Shown here: piece by piece, positions 1 to 12,176 of the stretch
Layout: each line of letters begins with the position of its first letter
Position numbering within the stretch: the first letter of the stretch is position 1
Assembly: GCA_002269645.1 (NCBI GenBank)
Contig: NIVC01000172.1
Location: 86,558-150,557 of the forward strand
Source: Macrostomum lignano
Taxonomy: Eukaryota
Reading direction: 5' to 3'
DNA length: 64,000 nucleotides
Position numbers and translations under genes: made by a program
The notes under the pieces: model-generated
Told to the model about the DNA's origin: nothing
What the model saw: only the letters and a program-made list of their open reading frames with translations
Databases searched by the model: none

Positions 1-94
1 AGCTTACAACTCTATATGCGACAGAAATTACCTGTCATCACTTAATTAATGTTAAACTAAGTTAGCTAAAATAGAAGAGGGGACAGGGAAGATA

Positions 95-990
95 GAGAAA
101 ATGAGAGAGGTAGAGAGGGGAGAAAGGAGAGAGAGAGAGAGAGAGAGGAGAGAGGGGAAGAGAGCGAGGAGAGAGGGGAAGGGTGAGAGGGAGAGAGGGG
201 CAGAGAGCGAGGGAGAGAGGGGAAGAGAGCGAGGGAGAGAGGGGAAGGGAGAGAGGGGGAGAGGGGAAGAGAGCGAGGGAGAGAGGGGAAGAGAGCGAGG
301 GAGAGAGGGAAGGGAGAAGGGGGAGAGGGGAAGAGACCGAGGAGAGAGGGAAGAGAGCGAGGGAGAGAGGGGAAGGGAGAGAGGGGAGAGGGAAGAGAGC
401 GAGGGAGAGAGGGAAGAGAGCGAGGGTGAGAGGGGAAGGAGAGAGGGGGAAGGGGAAGAGAGCGAGGAGAGAGGGGAAGGGAGAGAGGGGGAGAGGGAAG
501 GGAGAGAGGGGAGAGGGGAAGAGCGAGGGAGAGAGGGGAAGAGAGCGAGGGAGAGAGAGGGGAAGGAGAGAGGAGAGGGAAGGGAGAGAGGGGGAGAGGG
601 GAAGGAGAGAGGGAGAGAGGGGAAAGGGAGAGGGAGAAGGGGAAGGAGAGGAGGGAAAGAGGGAAGAGAGCGAGGGAGAGAGGGGAAGAGAGCGAGGGAG
701 AGAGGGGAAGAGAGAGAGGGGGAGAGGGGAAAGGAGAGGAGGAGAGAGGGAAGGGTGAGAGGGAGAGAGGGAAGAGAGAGAGGGGGAGAGGGAAGGGAGA
801 GAGGGAGAGAGGGAAAGGAGAGAGGAGAGAGAGGAAAGGAGAGAGGGAGAGAGGGAAAGGAGAGAGGGAGAGAGGGGAAAGGAGAGAGGAGAAAGGGGAA
901 GGGAGAGAGGGGAAGGGGAAAGAGAGAGAGGGAGAAAGGGGAAGGGAGAGAGGGAGAGAGGGGAAAGGAGAGAGGGAGAAAGGGGAATGG
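95..990. repeat. Polypurine (GA/GGA-rich) low-complexity tract
   Basis: Almost exclusively G and A on the + strand; the overlapping ORFs are R/E/G or S/L/P/F artefacts. Confidence 0.95.
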
Positions 991-1629
991 AGAGCTAGCC
1001 AATGAAGCAGGCACACATGGGTAAAACATGGAGACAAAAAATTATAATAGCAAGAGAGAGAACATTTAGAGAACTCTGACGGCATTTACTGAGTAATACT
1101 GAAGAAATCGAGCCACGAGGAGAGAGGCAGCACGAGACGAAGAAAAAGAGGCCGAGAGAGGCAAGGCAAGACACTCGCGATTGATATAGAGACTTGAAAT
1201 GTCACTCTGGACACGCGTCAAAGTTTGAAGCCCCAGTTCCAAGTTATGTTTGCCAGTCGGCTCTTTATACTAGCAGTTTAGTGGAAAATATTTCAGCACC
1301 GTCTGTTCTTCACTGAACACGCGGCACTAAAAAGCCGTGTGCATATGCGCCGTTCGGTGCGCGCACTACACGTACCAGTGATTTCTTGTCGTCTGACCTC
1401 TGTCTAATTTCCAACAGAAATCCAAGGGCGGTCCGGCGAATGAAGGACCAAATTTGCCTTCCATTTGTCAGCCTTACGGGAAAAATTAATTTTTACAATC
1501 TTCGAAAGCTGAGTGATCACATGCCAGCTGGTTTTTCATGTTGAAGTGAACGAAGACGGGAGTATAAGAAGTACATGTATGTGTACTTTTACATTTTTGG
1601 CTTGGAAGGCCGTAATATCATTTCATAAA

Positions 1630-1704
1630 TACAGTACTGGAATGGATGGCTAATCTAGCCAGCATCACTGATGAAGGAATAGAATGGATTGCTAATCTAG
1701 CCAG
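1630..1704. repeat. About 75-bp copy of the start of the 42-bp minisatellite
   Basis: TACAGTACTGGAATGGAT-GCTAATCTAGCCAGCATCACTGATGAAGG... matches the sequence starting at about 3203. Confidence 0.9.
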
Positions 1705-1957
1705 TGTCGTGTCGTGGCTGGCTAGCCAAACTTGAGCCGCAAATGGGCGAGAGGTTGTTATTTATTGTAGTTGGCATTGCACATAGATGTACATGCAGAT
1801 ACGAGTAAAGCATCAGCTAATAGATTAGACGGTTAGGCATAAGCGTACATTGACAGACAGAGCAGGCGGGAGAGAGCAAGCAGTCCTAAACTCAGCGCCA
1901 ATAACAATTGGGGTGCAGCCCCACACTGCGCACTTCAAGTCAAGTCACGATACAACA
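1705..1957 (-). repeat. 3' LTR (253 bp) of the gypsy element
   Basis: Follows the purine tract GATGAGGGGA, starts TGTTGTA and ends CACGACA (TG...CA imperfect inverted ends); AATAAA present on the element strand. Confidence 0.85.
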
Positions 1958-3201
1958 TCCCCTCATCACCAACGAGGAGACAGTCGGTCTGGGGCGACCC
2001 CTTTGGTCGACCTGCAGCTTCGTCGGGGCTCCGGTGTAGCTTCAGCGGCCTGCTGCGGTGGTGCCGCTGCGTCTGGCCACTGGCTATCAGGTTCCGGGTT
2101 CCGGCCGCCTTCGTCAGGGTTCCGGCCGCCTTCGTCAGGGTTCCGGTCGCCGTCGTCAGGGCTCCGGCCGGCATCGTCAGGGTCCCGGCCGCTGTCGTCA
2201 GTGTTGTCCGTAACTTCCGCCCGGCTTGGACTCGGACGCAAGCGCAGCTGATCCCGGTGTGCCAGCACAGGCCTGTCATCCTTGTCCCGGTGACCACGGC
2301 CGTGTTGTGGCCGGCCTGTACCACAAGCGGACGGTCTCAGCCGGCCCCCTGGCCGCGACTGGTAGACGAGCGGCGCATCGGTGTCGAATTGGAGGGTCAG
2401 CGGACTTCGCAGCTGTCGCCCCATAAGCGCAGATGGACTGCCACGCCCGTCGCCCCGCGGAGTGGCCCGGTAGTTAAGCAGCAGCTTGGCGAGGTACGCG
2501 TCGAACCGGCCCTGGTGCACGGCGAAGGCCCGCAGCCCCTTCTCTTGACGGTCTGGACCATGCGCTCGGCGCACCCGTTTGACTGCGGATGATACGGCGG
2601 CGAGTGCATCGGCGAGCAGCCGATCTTCTTGAGCCACTCGTGCAGCTGCTGGTCACGGAACTCCGGAGCATTGTCCGCCACCAAGGTATGCGGCACACCC
2701 AGGCGGGAGAAAATCAGGCGGAGTACCTTGATGACCGTCGTCGCGCTCTTGTCTGGCAACAGGCACCGCTTCCGGCCAGCCGGAGAAGGCGTCCACCACA
2801 ATGAGCAGCAGGCCGAAGCCGGGAACGTGAGCATGGTCCATGTGCACGCGTCTCCAGGGACCATCTTCAGCCGGCCAGGTGTGGCACGTTCTGGCAGGCA
2901 TTGGACGGATCTCCGCGCATCGCTGGCATTGCTTGATGAAGTTTTCGACGTCCTCGCAGTGACCCGGCCACCAGGCTTCCAGCTTGAGTCGATTTCTTGT
3001 TGCTAGGGCACCGCAGTGCGAGTCGCCGTGAGCCGCTCGCAGCACGTCTTGCCGCAGCCGGCTAGGCGGGACCACCAGGTCTCTCAGGCAGACGACCCCA
3101 TTCTCCACTGAGAGCTGCTGGCGGACGGCTTTATACGGTCGCTCCGCTGCCGAGCAGTTGTTCCACGCATTGCTGCGGATCCTGCGCTTGACAGTACTGG
3201 A
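1705..3201 (-). mobile_element. Ty3/gypsy LTR retrotransposon, 3' fragment (integrase + PPT + 3' LTR)
   Basis: Minus frames give the integrase HHCC zinc motif (AHGDSHCG...CQRC), the core (WRRVHMDH, VVDAFSGWPE, VADNAPEF, PPYHPQSNGCAERMVQTVK) and LLNYRATP...SPSALMGRQLR, with two frameshifts. Confidence 0.93.
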
Positions 3202-3202
3202 T

Positions 3203-3980
3203 ACAGTACTGGAATGGATTGCTAATCTAGCCAGCATCACTGATGAAGGAATAGAATGGATTGCTAATCTAGCCAGCATCACTGATAAAGGAATAGAGTG
3301 GATGGCTAATCTAGCCAGCATCACTGATGAAGGAATAGAATGGATTGCTAATCTAGCCAGCATCACTGATGAAGGAATAGAATGGATTGCTAATCTAGCC
3401 AACATCACTGATGAAGGAATAGAATGGATTGCTAATCTAGCCAACATCACTGATGAAGGAATATAATGGATTGCTAATCTAGCCAGCATCACTGATGAAG
3501 GAATAGAATGGATTGCTAATCTAGCCAGCATCACTGATGAAGGAATAGAATGGATTGCTAATCTAGCCAACATCACTGAAGGAATAGAATGGATTGCTAA
3601 TCTAGCCAGCATCACTGATGAAGGAATAGAATGGATTGCTAATCTAGCCAGCATCACTGATGAAGGATTGGAATGGATTGCTAATCTAGCCAGCATCACT
3701 GATGAAGGAATTGAATGGATTGCTAATCTAGCCAACATCACAGATGAAGGAATAGAGTGGATTGCTAATCTAGCCAACATCACAGATGAAGGAATAGAGT
3801 GGATGGCTAATCTAGCCAACATCACAGATGAAGGAATAGAGTGGATGGCTAATCTAGCCAGCATCACTGATGAAGGAATAGAGTGGATGGCTAATCTAGC
3901 CAGCATCACTGATGAAGGAATAGAGTGGATGGCTAATCTAGCCAGCATCACTGATGAAGTAATAGAGTGGATGGCTAATC
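3203..3980. repeat. 42-bp minisatellite (about 18 copies)
   Basis: Unit GCTAATCTAGCCAGCATCACTGATGAAGGAATAGAATGGATT; translates as 14-aa repeats on both strands. Confidence 0.97.
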
Positions 3981-4461
3981 TATCGTCTCGGCAGTAAGAT
4001 CATATCAATTCAATATGCAACTAGTTAATCTCGGCTCAGATGAAGAGGATCTGAGGCTCAACTCCGTGAGATATATTGATATCACAATGATTTTGCTTTT
4101 TTGACAGATAGTCCAGCATGGCAGACATTTTCCACTCGCTTAGCCAGTCGATTAGCAGTTTCTAATAAAGCAAGCTGGCTGTAATTTCACTCTAGGCAAG
4201 CTTCTAAAGCCTTCATTGATCGGATACTGCATGGCCGGTTTGACTGGGATGAGAGATGCGAAGTGAATTTTTCTATCGATTCCCAGAAAGCTAGAAATGG
4301 CGCTCGGGCCTGTTATCTAAGATTGTAGTTCTCTTTTGTTACAAATAATTGTAGTCATGCTATGCTAGTAAGCTGAGAAAAGATCTAAATTATAACAGCT
4401 GGTTCTTTCTCGCTTGCATTGACTGGATTTTGAGTCTGCCGACTGCGGCTGTTCCTCACTG

Positions 4462-7235
4462 ACTTTACGGATCTCCGCTCCCTCTCTCCACGGATCTCCG
4501 CTCCCTCTCTCCACGGATCTCCGCTTCCTCTCTCCACGGATCTCCGCTCCCTCTCTCCACAGATCTCCGCTTCCTCTCTCCACGGATCTCCACTTCCTCT
4601 GTCCACGGATCTCCCTTTCTCCACGGATCTCCGCTCCCTCTCTCCACGGATCTCCCTCTCTCCACGGATCTCCCTTTCTCCACGGATCTCCGCTCCCTCT
4701 CTCCATGGATCTCCGCTCCCTCTCTCCACGGATCTCCGCTCCCTCTCTCCACGGATCTCCGCTCCCTCTCTCCACGGATCTCCGCTCCCTCTCTCCACGG
4801 ATCTCCGCTCCCTCTCTCCACGGATCTCCGCTCCCTCTCTCCACGGATCTCCGCTCCCTCTCTCCACGGATCTCCGCTCCCTCTCTCCACGGATCTCCGC
4901 TCCCTCTCTCCACGGATCTCCGCTCCCTCTCTCCACGGATCTCCGCTCCCTCTCTCCACGGATCTCCGCTCCCTCTCTCCACGGATCTCCGCTCCCTCTC
5001 TCCACGGATCTCCTCTCAATCTCTTTAAGGATCTTCTCTCCCGCTCTCCACGGATCCCCTCTCCTTCTCTCCACGGATCTCCTCTCAATCTCTCCACGGA
5101 TCTCCTCTCAATCTCTCCACGGATCTCCTCTCAATCTCTCCACGGATCTCCTCTCAATCTCTCCACGGATCTCCTCTCCTTCTCTCCACGGATCTCCTCT
5201 CAATCTCTCCGCGGATCTCCTCTCAATCTCTCCACGGATCTCCTCTCAATCTCTCCACGGATCTCCTCTCCTTTCCACGGATCTCCTCTCAATCTCTCCA
5301 CGGATCTCCTCTCAATCTCTCCACGGATCTCCTCTCAATCTCTCCACGGATCTCCTCTCAATCTCTCCACGGATCTCCTCTCAATCTCTCCACGGATCTC
5401 CTCTCAATCTCTCCACGGATCTCCTCTCAATCTCTCCACGGATCTTCTCTCAATCTCTCCACGGATCTCCTCTCAATCTCTCCACGGATCTCCTCTCCCT
5501 CTCTCCACGAATCTTCTCTCAATCTCTCCACGGATCTTCTCTCAATCTCTCCACGGATCTCCTCTCAATCTCTCCACGGATCTTCTCTCAATCTCTCCAC
5601 GGGTCTCCTCTCAATCTCTCCACGGATCTCCTCTCAATCTCTCCACGGATCTCCTCTCAATCTCTCCACGGATCTCCTCTCAATCTCTCCACGGATCTCC
5701 TCTCAATCTCTCCGCGGATCTCCTCTCAATCTCTCCACGGATCTCCTCTCAATCTCTCCACGGATCTCCTCTCAATCTCTCCACGGATCTCCTCTCAATC
5801 TCTCCACGGATCTCCTCTCAATCTCTTCACGGATCTCCTCTCAATCTCTCCATGGATCTCCTCTCAATCTCTCCACGGATCTCCTCTCAATCTCTCCACG
5901 GATCTTCTCTCAATCTCTCCACGGATCTCCTCTCAATCTCTCCACGGATCTCCTCTCAATCTCTCCACGGATCTCCTCTCAATCTCTCCACGGATCTCCT
6001 CTCAATCTCTCCACGGATCTCCTCTCAATCTCTCCACGGATCTCCTCTCAATCTCTCCACGGATCTCCTCTCAATCTCTCCACGGATCTCCTCTCAATCT
6101 CTCCACGGATCTCCTCTCAATCTCTCCACGAATCTTCTCTCAATCTCTCCACGGATCTTCTCTCAATCTCTCCACGGATCTCCTCTCAATCTCTCCACGG
6201 ATCTTCTCTCAATCTCTCCACGGATCTTCTCTCAATCTCTCCACGGATCTCCTCTCAATCTCTCCACGGATCTCCTCTCAATCTCTCCACGGATCTCCTC
6301 TCAATCTCTCCACGGATCTCCTCTCAATCTCTCCGCGGATCTCCTCTCAATCTCTCCACGGATCTCCTCTCAATCTCTCCACGGATCTCCTCTCAATCTC
6401 TCCACGGATCTCCTCTCAATCTCTCCACGGATCTCCTCTCAATCTCTTCACGGATCTCCTCTCAATCTCTCCACGGATCTCCTCTCAATCTCTCCACGGA
6501 TCTCCTCTCAATCTCTCCACGGATCTTCTCTCAATCTCTCCACGGATCTCCTCTCAATCTCTCCACGGATCTCCTCTCAATCTCTCCACGGATCTCCTCT
6601 CAATCTCTCCACGGATCTCCTCTCAATCTCTCCACGGATCTCCTCTCAATCTCTCCACGGATCTCCTCTCAATCTCTCCACGGATCTCCTCTCAATCTCT
6701 CCACGGATCTCCTCTCAATCTCTCCACGGATCTCCTCTCAATCTCTCCACGGATCTCCTCTCAATCTCTCCACGGATCTTCTCTCAATCTCTCCACGGAT
6801 CTCCTCTCAATCTCTCCACGGATCTCCTCTCCCTCTCTCCACGGATCTCCACTCAATCTCTCCACGGATCTCCTCTCAATCTCTCCACGGATCTCCTCCC
6901 AATCTCTCCACGGATCTCCTCTCAATCTCTCCACGGATCTCCTCTCAATCTCTCCATGGATCTCCTCTCAATCTCTCCGCGGATCTCCTCTCAATCTCTC
7001 CACGGATCTCCTCCCAATCTCTCCACGGATCTCCTCTTCCTCTCTCCACGGATCTCCTCTCAATCTCTCCGCGGATCTCCTCTCAATCTCTCCACGGATC
7101 TCCTCTCAATCTCTCCATGGATCTTCTCTCCTCTCCACGGATCTCCTCTCAATCTCTCCATGGATCTCCTCTCAATCTCTCCACGGATCTCCACTCAATC
7201 TCTCCACGGATCTTCTCTTCTCTCTATGGATCTGC
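4462..7235. repeat. 23-bp pyrimidine-rich minisatellite, two variant domains
   Basis: CACGGATCTCCGCTCCCTCTCTC to about 5010, then CACGGATCTCCTCTCAATCTCTC. Confidence 0.97.
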
Positions 7236-8039
7236 CTCTCCGCTCCCTCTCCCAGCCCTGTCAGGAAGGGGCAATGGAATGTGTCTGTATCAATGTCCAT
7301 CTTAATCCTCCTTGATTAGCCAATTGCAAATCATGCAAATTACGTATTTTCTCTTTCACTGAAAAGATTGCTGGCGGCAAGAAGGCAACGAGGCGCCAAA
7401 GCTTGACCTATTGGGATCCAATTTTTCTTCAGGCTACCGTTGTCTGGCTAACGAAGGCATCAAGCAGGAATGGCTTTTTGGCTTTCTCTCTTCTCCTAGT
7501 GACCGCACAGCAAGAGAGACGCGGCAAAATAAATAGGCACTATAGAGTGGGGTTCGGGAGGGCCTATCGTAAATGGCATTTGAGGTGCGACAAATCCCAC
7601 AGCGACTGTGGTGTTAATTCCTTTCCTCCCTTCTCTCTCACTCTCTCCATCTCTTCCCGCACCGTCGGTGGTCTAGGAGAGGTCAAGCCAGAGCAAAGAA
7701 ATTCGGCTGCCCTAAGGACTCTCTGGTTGGGGACCAATCAAGCCCCATGCTCCACCCCCCGCTGCTCCGACTGAGGCAATCTAATTGTCGGAGATTCTGT
7801 TAGACCTCCCCTGCTCCCCTGGCCTGCCGCCCTCGGGGGCTGACGTTCTGGCATGAAAGCTTGCCAGATATTTTGTCCTGCAAGTCTCTTCATTGCTCAT
7901 GTCCCAGCTGTATGCATTGCTGAGGTTATTAGCTTAGAATTATTGCGGCAATTATGGATTTGCTTCAGGTGGGGAAGAAAAATGAGATCCGTACCTCCGT
8001 ATGGAGTAGATGGGGTTTAAATAGAGGTGGGATCATTGA

Positions 8040-8290
8040 GGTTCAGGTATGGGTGGGATCAATGAGGCTCAGGTAGGTTGGGGCCATGCAGTGAGGCTCA
8101 GGTAGGTTGGGACCATGCAGTGAGGATCAGGTAGGTTGGGACCAGTGAGGCTCAGGTAGGTTTAAACCAGTGAGGCTCAGGTAGGTTGAAACCAGTGAGG
8201 CTCAGGTAGGTTGAAACCAGTGAGGCTCAGGTAGGTTGAAACCAGTGAGGCTCAGGTAGGTTGAAACCAGTGAGGCTCAGGTAGGTGGAG
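8040..8290. repeat. 25-bp minisatellite
   Basis: GTGAGGCTCAGGTAGGTTGAAACCA, degenerating leftwards. Confidence 0.9.
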
Positions 8291-8342
8291 AATTAGATGT
8301 TAATTCCACTGTCAATCACTCATGAGCCGCTAAATCCCGCAG

Positions 8343-8615
8343 AGCCGCCCAGAATCCTGACCCAGCTGCAGCCGAGTCTCTCAGTGCAACGACACTCAAA
8401 AGTTCGGCTGACCTGCACCGTGACGGGCCGGCCATCCCCGGACAACATGTGGCTGCACAACGGTCGCCGGGTGCTAAACGAGAACGGGGTCAGCGTGTCA
8501 AGGTCGGGCACCCTGACGATTGACCGAGTCACGGAGCGGCACGCCGGCCTGTACGAGTGTTTGGCGAGGAACAAAGTCGGAGAGGCGAGGGCGCACACGG
8601 CACTGCTGATTGATG
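8343..8615 (+). CDS. Ig/FN3 receptor (turtle/IGSF9-like), exon encoding an Ig I-set domain
   Basis: PPRILTQ...VRLTCTVTGRPSPDNMWLHNG...GTLTIDRV...HAGLYECLARNKVG; acceptor CCCGCAG at 8342, donor G|GTGCGC, both phase 1. The signal-peptide exon was not located. Confidence 0.88.
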
Positions 8616-9088
8616 GTGCGCGAATCCTGCTCACCACTGCTGCTTTTGAGAATAGTAGCTGCACCGCATCAAGCTTGGTTTTATAAGACAATTTTACTAA
8701 AGATCGCTTGGCTTGGGCGATTCACACCCAAGGACTACTAGACTAGAAGGTCAAGGACCAAAACCTTTCCGGTGGTCCTTGTTCACACGCGATGACTCCA
8801 TGAGAGCCAACCCCCACGGCACAAAGAGTGTACATGCTACATGTACATGTTACTAAAACTACTTGTAGTACTTAGTGGATTACAACGGAAGTTGCTAAAA
8901 TTTGAGTCAGTAAGTTAATGAAGACTTTACTAAGATTCGCACATTTAGAGAAAGCATATAGTGCAAAAGTGGTGATTCATTAAATAAAAACCCCAGACTA
9001 TGAGCGAAAATCATGTAAAAAATTGGGAGAACCGGCTTCTCAGTGCATTTACCCAGCTTAGATCTGTTCCCCATCGCCCACCGGGCAG

Positions 9089-9658
9089 GCGGTCCCGGCC
9101 GATACTCGCTCGAAATTCCGTCGAACATCACGCGGCGCCAGCGGCAGCGCGCCGAGTTGCCATGCGCCGCCGCCTACGCCGCCACGTCTGCCCGCGAGCC
9201 GATCTGGCTGAAGAACGGCAAAGACGTCCACCTGCTGCCCGAGCTGCTCCACAGATTCCTGATTGAGAACGGCTCTTTGATCTTGCCGACAGTGCTGAGT
9301 ACCGACTCCGGATTGTACACCTGCCAGACCAGATTGAAGACTCAACTTGCGTCAAGTCGGAGAAGCTCTTCAGTCTACTTGAACGTCGTCTACCAGCCGC
9401 AGTTTGCTGGCGGCCTGCAGCGGACGCAGATTCTCACGGCTGGCCGGCCAGGGGCTGTGGAGTGTCCGGCCCGCTCTAACCCGCCTCCGGACGAGGTGCG
9501 CTGGACGCACAACTACAGCCAGGCCGGACACAGCGCGGGCCGGCTGCTCCGCCTGCTGCCGACGGTGGAGCCGCGACACGCCGGGGTGTGGAAATGCCAC
9601 GCCAGAAACCGGCTGGGTTGGGGCAGCTGGAGTCCCGAGCTCAGAGTCTCCGTGCACG
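9089..9658 (+). CDS. Ig/FN3 receptor, exon encoding two Ig domains
   Basis: AELPC...WLKNG...GSLIL...DSGLYTC and VECPARSNPPPDEVRW...HAGVWKCHARNRLG; phase-1 acceptor (alternative near 9062) and donor G|GTTAGC. Confidence 0.88.
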
Positions 9659-9765
9659 GTTAGCGCTTGTAATGTTGTACTGTACTTGGCTGGTTAACAG
9701 GGCTGATCCTTACTTCCTTCTTTCCTTCTTCATTACTTACTTCTTTCCTCAATTTCTACTCTCAG

Positions 9766-10309
9766 TAGTAGGATTGAATAGCGCCTCCGCCACAAACTTG
9801 GACCCTGCAGGGCAGCCAAACGCCGATATGAGCGGCGGCGGCGGCGACAACGCGCGAATCCAGCAGATGGCCGGCACCGACTGCGTCATCTTCTGCGCCT
9901 CAGCCGACCCGGTCAATCCAACTGGATCGTCGTCTACGCCAATCGCCGTCCAGTGGTTCAAGGATGACAAGCCGATCAACTTTAGCTCAGTCGACGAAGG
10001 TCGAATTCGACAAAGCGACAACGGCCGGTTGCTGAGCATCGAACGGTTAGCACCGAAGGACTCCGGTAGATATCAGTGCCGAGCTGATGCTAACTACGGC
10101 GGCGGCGGCGGCGGCTACTCGCTGACGCAACTGCTGGTGGAAACTGCAGCGCGGCGACCGCCGTACAATCTCAGCTTGGCGATTCGCCGAGGCGGCGGCG
10201 GGCTGTCCGCTCAGCTGGCCTGGAATCCCGGCTACGATGCCCGGGGCCAGCTCAACTACGTTGTGTGGTTCCGAGCGATTGGCCAGACCGGTCAATGGAG
10301 TACAGTTAG
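9766..10309 (+). CDS. Ig/FN3 receptor, exon encoding an Ig domain and the first half of FN3-1
   Basis: VQWFKDDKP...LLSIERLAPKDSGRYQC, then PPYNL...LAWNPGYD...YVVWFR; several phase-1 acceptors possible; proposed phase-2 GC donor AG|GCAAGA. Confidence 0.82.
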
Positions 10310-10409
10310 GCAAGATTGGACCGCTGTTTATAGCTATAGATACCGGTGTTTATGTTCAAAGTGAGGTGCAGCACCATCCAGCTTATTCATATCACTATAC
10401 GCTGCAAGA

Positions 10410-10676
10410 TGGGTTGTAGTCTAGTAATTAGAGCGTCGGGATCATGATAGAAAAATCGGTGGTTTAACTCTGCATCGCTTCAGTTCACCCAGCTGTAAAA
10501 TGGGTGCCAGCATTAGCTGGGGTAATTGAGGGTGCGTGTGGCGACCCCCCAGTCCTTGGACTGAACAGCCATACATGTACGCAGCCTTCAGATGCGCTGC
10601 ACAATAGCTGCGGCTGAGCTGTCGGTTGCACATTGCCCATTGCACATTGGTGTAGTCAATCATGATTAATTATTAT
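10410..10676 (+). mobile_element. tRNA-derived SINE, family 1 (internally deleted copy)
   Basis: Matches the reverse complement of 21451-21757, with the B-box/central part deleted; ends in an ATT-rich tail. Confidence 0.85.
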
Positions 10677-10689
10677 GCTGCTAGAATGG

Positions 10690-11400
10690 AATGGGGATCA
10701 CTACAGAGATAGGATTTCGATGAATCTGCACCCATCACCGGGTCCCAGTGGGATCCCTTGACTTGGGTGGTCCGAAGACGCAGCGGGGAGGCGAGCGTCG
10801 CCCATTCCGTTAATCCCTGAGAAGCCCGCATAGGCTAGGGCGTGGGGCCGGTCCAAGGACTACTATGCGTTACTTTAGTTGCCCTTGGGCCGGTCAGGGA
10901 GGTCTACCGGGCCTGTCTGCAGCGTGGTCTTCGGTGGGGAGGACGGAGGCTCGTTTGGTATCCCGGAAGAACCGGATGAGCCGCGGGATGTTGTCGGGCT
11001 GGCGGCATCGTCCAGGGACGGGTTGGGCCCGATGGAATGTAGCCGGTCACAGTTGAAGGCCGGGCAGTAGCAAACGAAGTGCTTAGTGTCTCCGTTCTCG
11101 AGGTTGCAGAAGGGACAGAGTTAACTCCGGCAGACGCCTCGGAGGAAACAATGCCTGGCAAAGCAACCGTGACCTGTGAAGGTCACACAGTGAGAGCGCG
11201 GATATATTTTGGATTTTGGTTCAAAAGGATTCTCCGCAGCTTGAGGGACGGGTTGGGCACTGCCACTCGGGATGGGTGACAGTCGGGGATGCCGCCCCAT
11301 CTGCGTAGGTGCAAGGTTAATGACCGCGGCGGGAATGGGGCCAGAGGCACGGGGCCAAGGAGCGAGCTGGAACTACCCGTCTACCCGGGATCCCACCAAC
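10690..11400 (-). mobile_element. Degenerate 3' end of a non-LTR retrotransposon (I/LOA/R1-group-like zinc knuckle)
   Basis: Minus frame reads TFTGHGCFARHCFLRGVCRS*LCPFCNLENGDTKHFVCYCPAF, later RLIRFFRDTKR; in-frame stop and frameshifts. Confidence 0.75.
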
Positions 11401-11488
11401 CGCTTCGATTTAGACCAAAATTCTCAGCTTTGTTGATTGCACAACTCCCGTGACTCTCTCTCAAGAACTACGAGCTTATTGTTGACAG

Positions 11489-11847
11489 GGTGCCGATCCC
11501 CGGCTTCACTCGGGTGCGCATCCTGGGCCTGCAGCCGCACACCAGTTACGAATTCTACGTCTCAGCCGTGAGCAGCAATGGTCATCAACTGCAGAGCGAG
11601 CGCCGCTACGCAGCCACCGGCAGCGTCTCGGACGTCAGCAAGGACGAAGCAGCGGATGATGACCGCCTGCCGAAGCCGCTGCCGCCGAGGCCGCCCATTC
11701 TACTGACGCTCCAGCTTGGCAGCAGAGTAGGCAACAGCGGCGGTGGGGACGTCTGGCTGAGCTGGGAAGAGCAAGAGCCGTCTACAGACGGTAGCGGCAA
11801 CTATTCGGGAGGTCCAGTGCAGTACTACACAGTGCAGTACATCAGCG
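11489..11847 (+). CDS. Ig/FN3 receptor, exon encoding the second half of FN3-1 and the start of FN3-2
   Basis: VRILGLQPHTSYEFYVSAV, then PRPPILL...VWLSW...VQYYTVQY; acceptor TTGACAG, donor G|GTGCGC. Confidence 0.85.
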
Positions 11848-11899
11848 GTGCGCAAAGGCTATGAAATTCGTCAAGTTCGGGTGTATCCATGTCATGACG

Positions 11900-12120
11900 G
11901 GGTGGTTGCACAGAGTTGGGGTGGTTGCGCAGAGTTGGGGTGGTTGCCCAGAGTTGGGGTGGTTGCACAGATTTTGGGTGGTTGCACAGAGTTGGGGTGT
12001 TGCCCAGAGTTGGGGTGTTGCACAGATTTTGGGTGGTTGCACAGAGTTGGGGTGTTGCCCAGAGTTGGGGTGGTTGCACAGATTTCGGGTGGTTGCACAG
12101 AGTTGGGGTGTTGCACACCC
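11900..12120. repeat. About 19-bp intronic minisatellite
   Basis: GCACAGAGTTGGGGTGGTT variants. Confidence 0.9.
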
Positions 12121-12176
12121 CAAAGAGTTGGTCATCTGTGCAACGGCGAGATGTCCAAAAAAATCGAATCCCTCAG

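Noticed and set aside
52-1085. 300+ aa ORFs in the GA tract
   Set aside because: Low-complexity DNA lacking stop codons; no domain content.
2653-3951. 432-aa repeat-integrase fusion ORF
   Set aside because: The 42-bp array is stop-free in this frame and happens to join integrase in phase; integrase frameshifts soon after, and nothing indicates expression.
3203-3980. CRISPR-like array
   Set aside because: Head-to-tail repeats with no unique spacers, no cas genes, eukaryotic context. The same applies to all other arrays in the window.
4100-4450. Candidate signal-peptide exon of the Ig/FN3 receptor
   Set aside because: Acceptor-like AG and a hydrophobic stretch exist, but frames close with stops and no compatible donor was found.
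4365-7315. Long ORFs in the 23-bp array
   Set aside because: Translation of a tandem repeat cycling through three frames.
7380-7900. Possible TE fragment or upstream exon of the Ig gene
   Set aside because: No termini, second copy or domain motif that I could verify.
10730-10850. Possible self-cleaving ribozyme in the LINE 3' region
   Set aside because: GC-rich stems are possible, but I could not fit an HDV or hammerhead core by eye.
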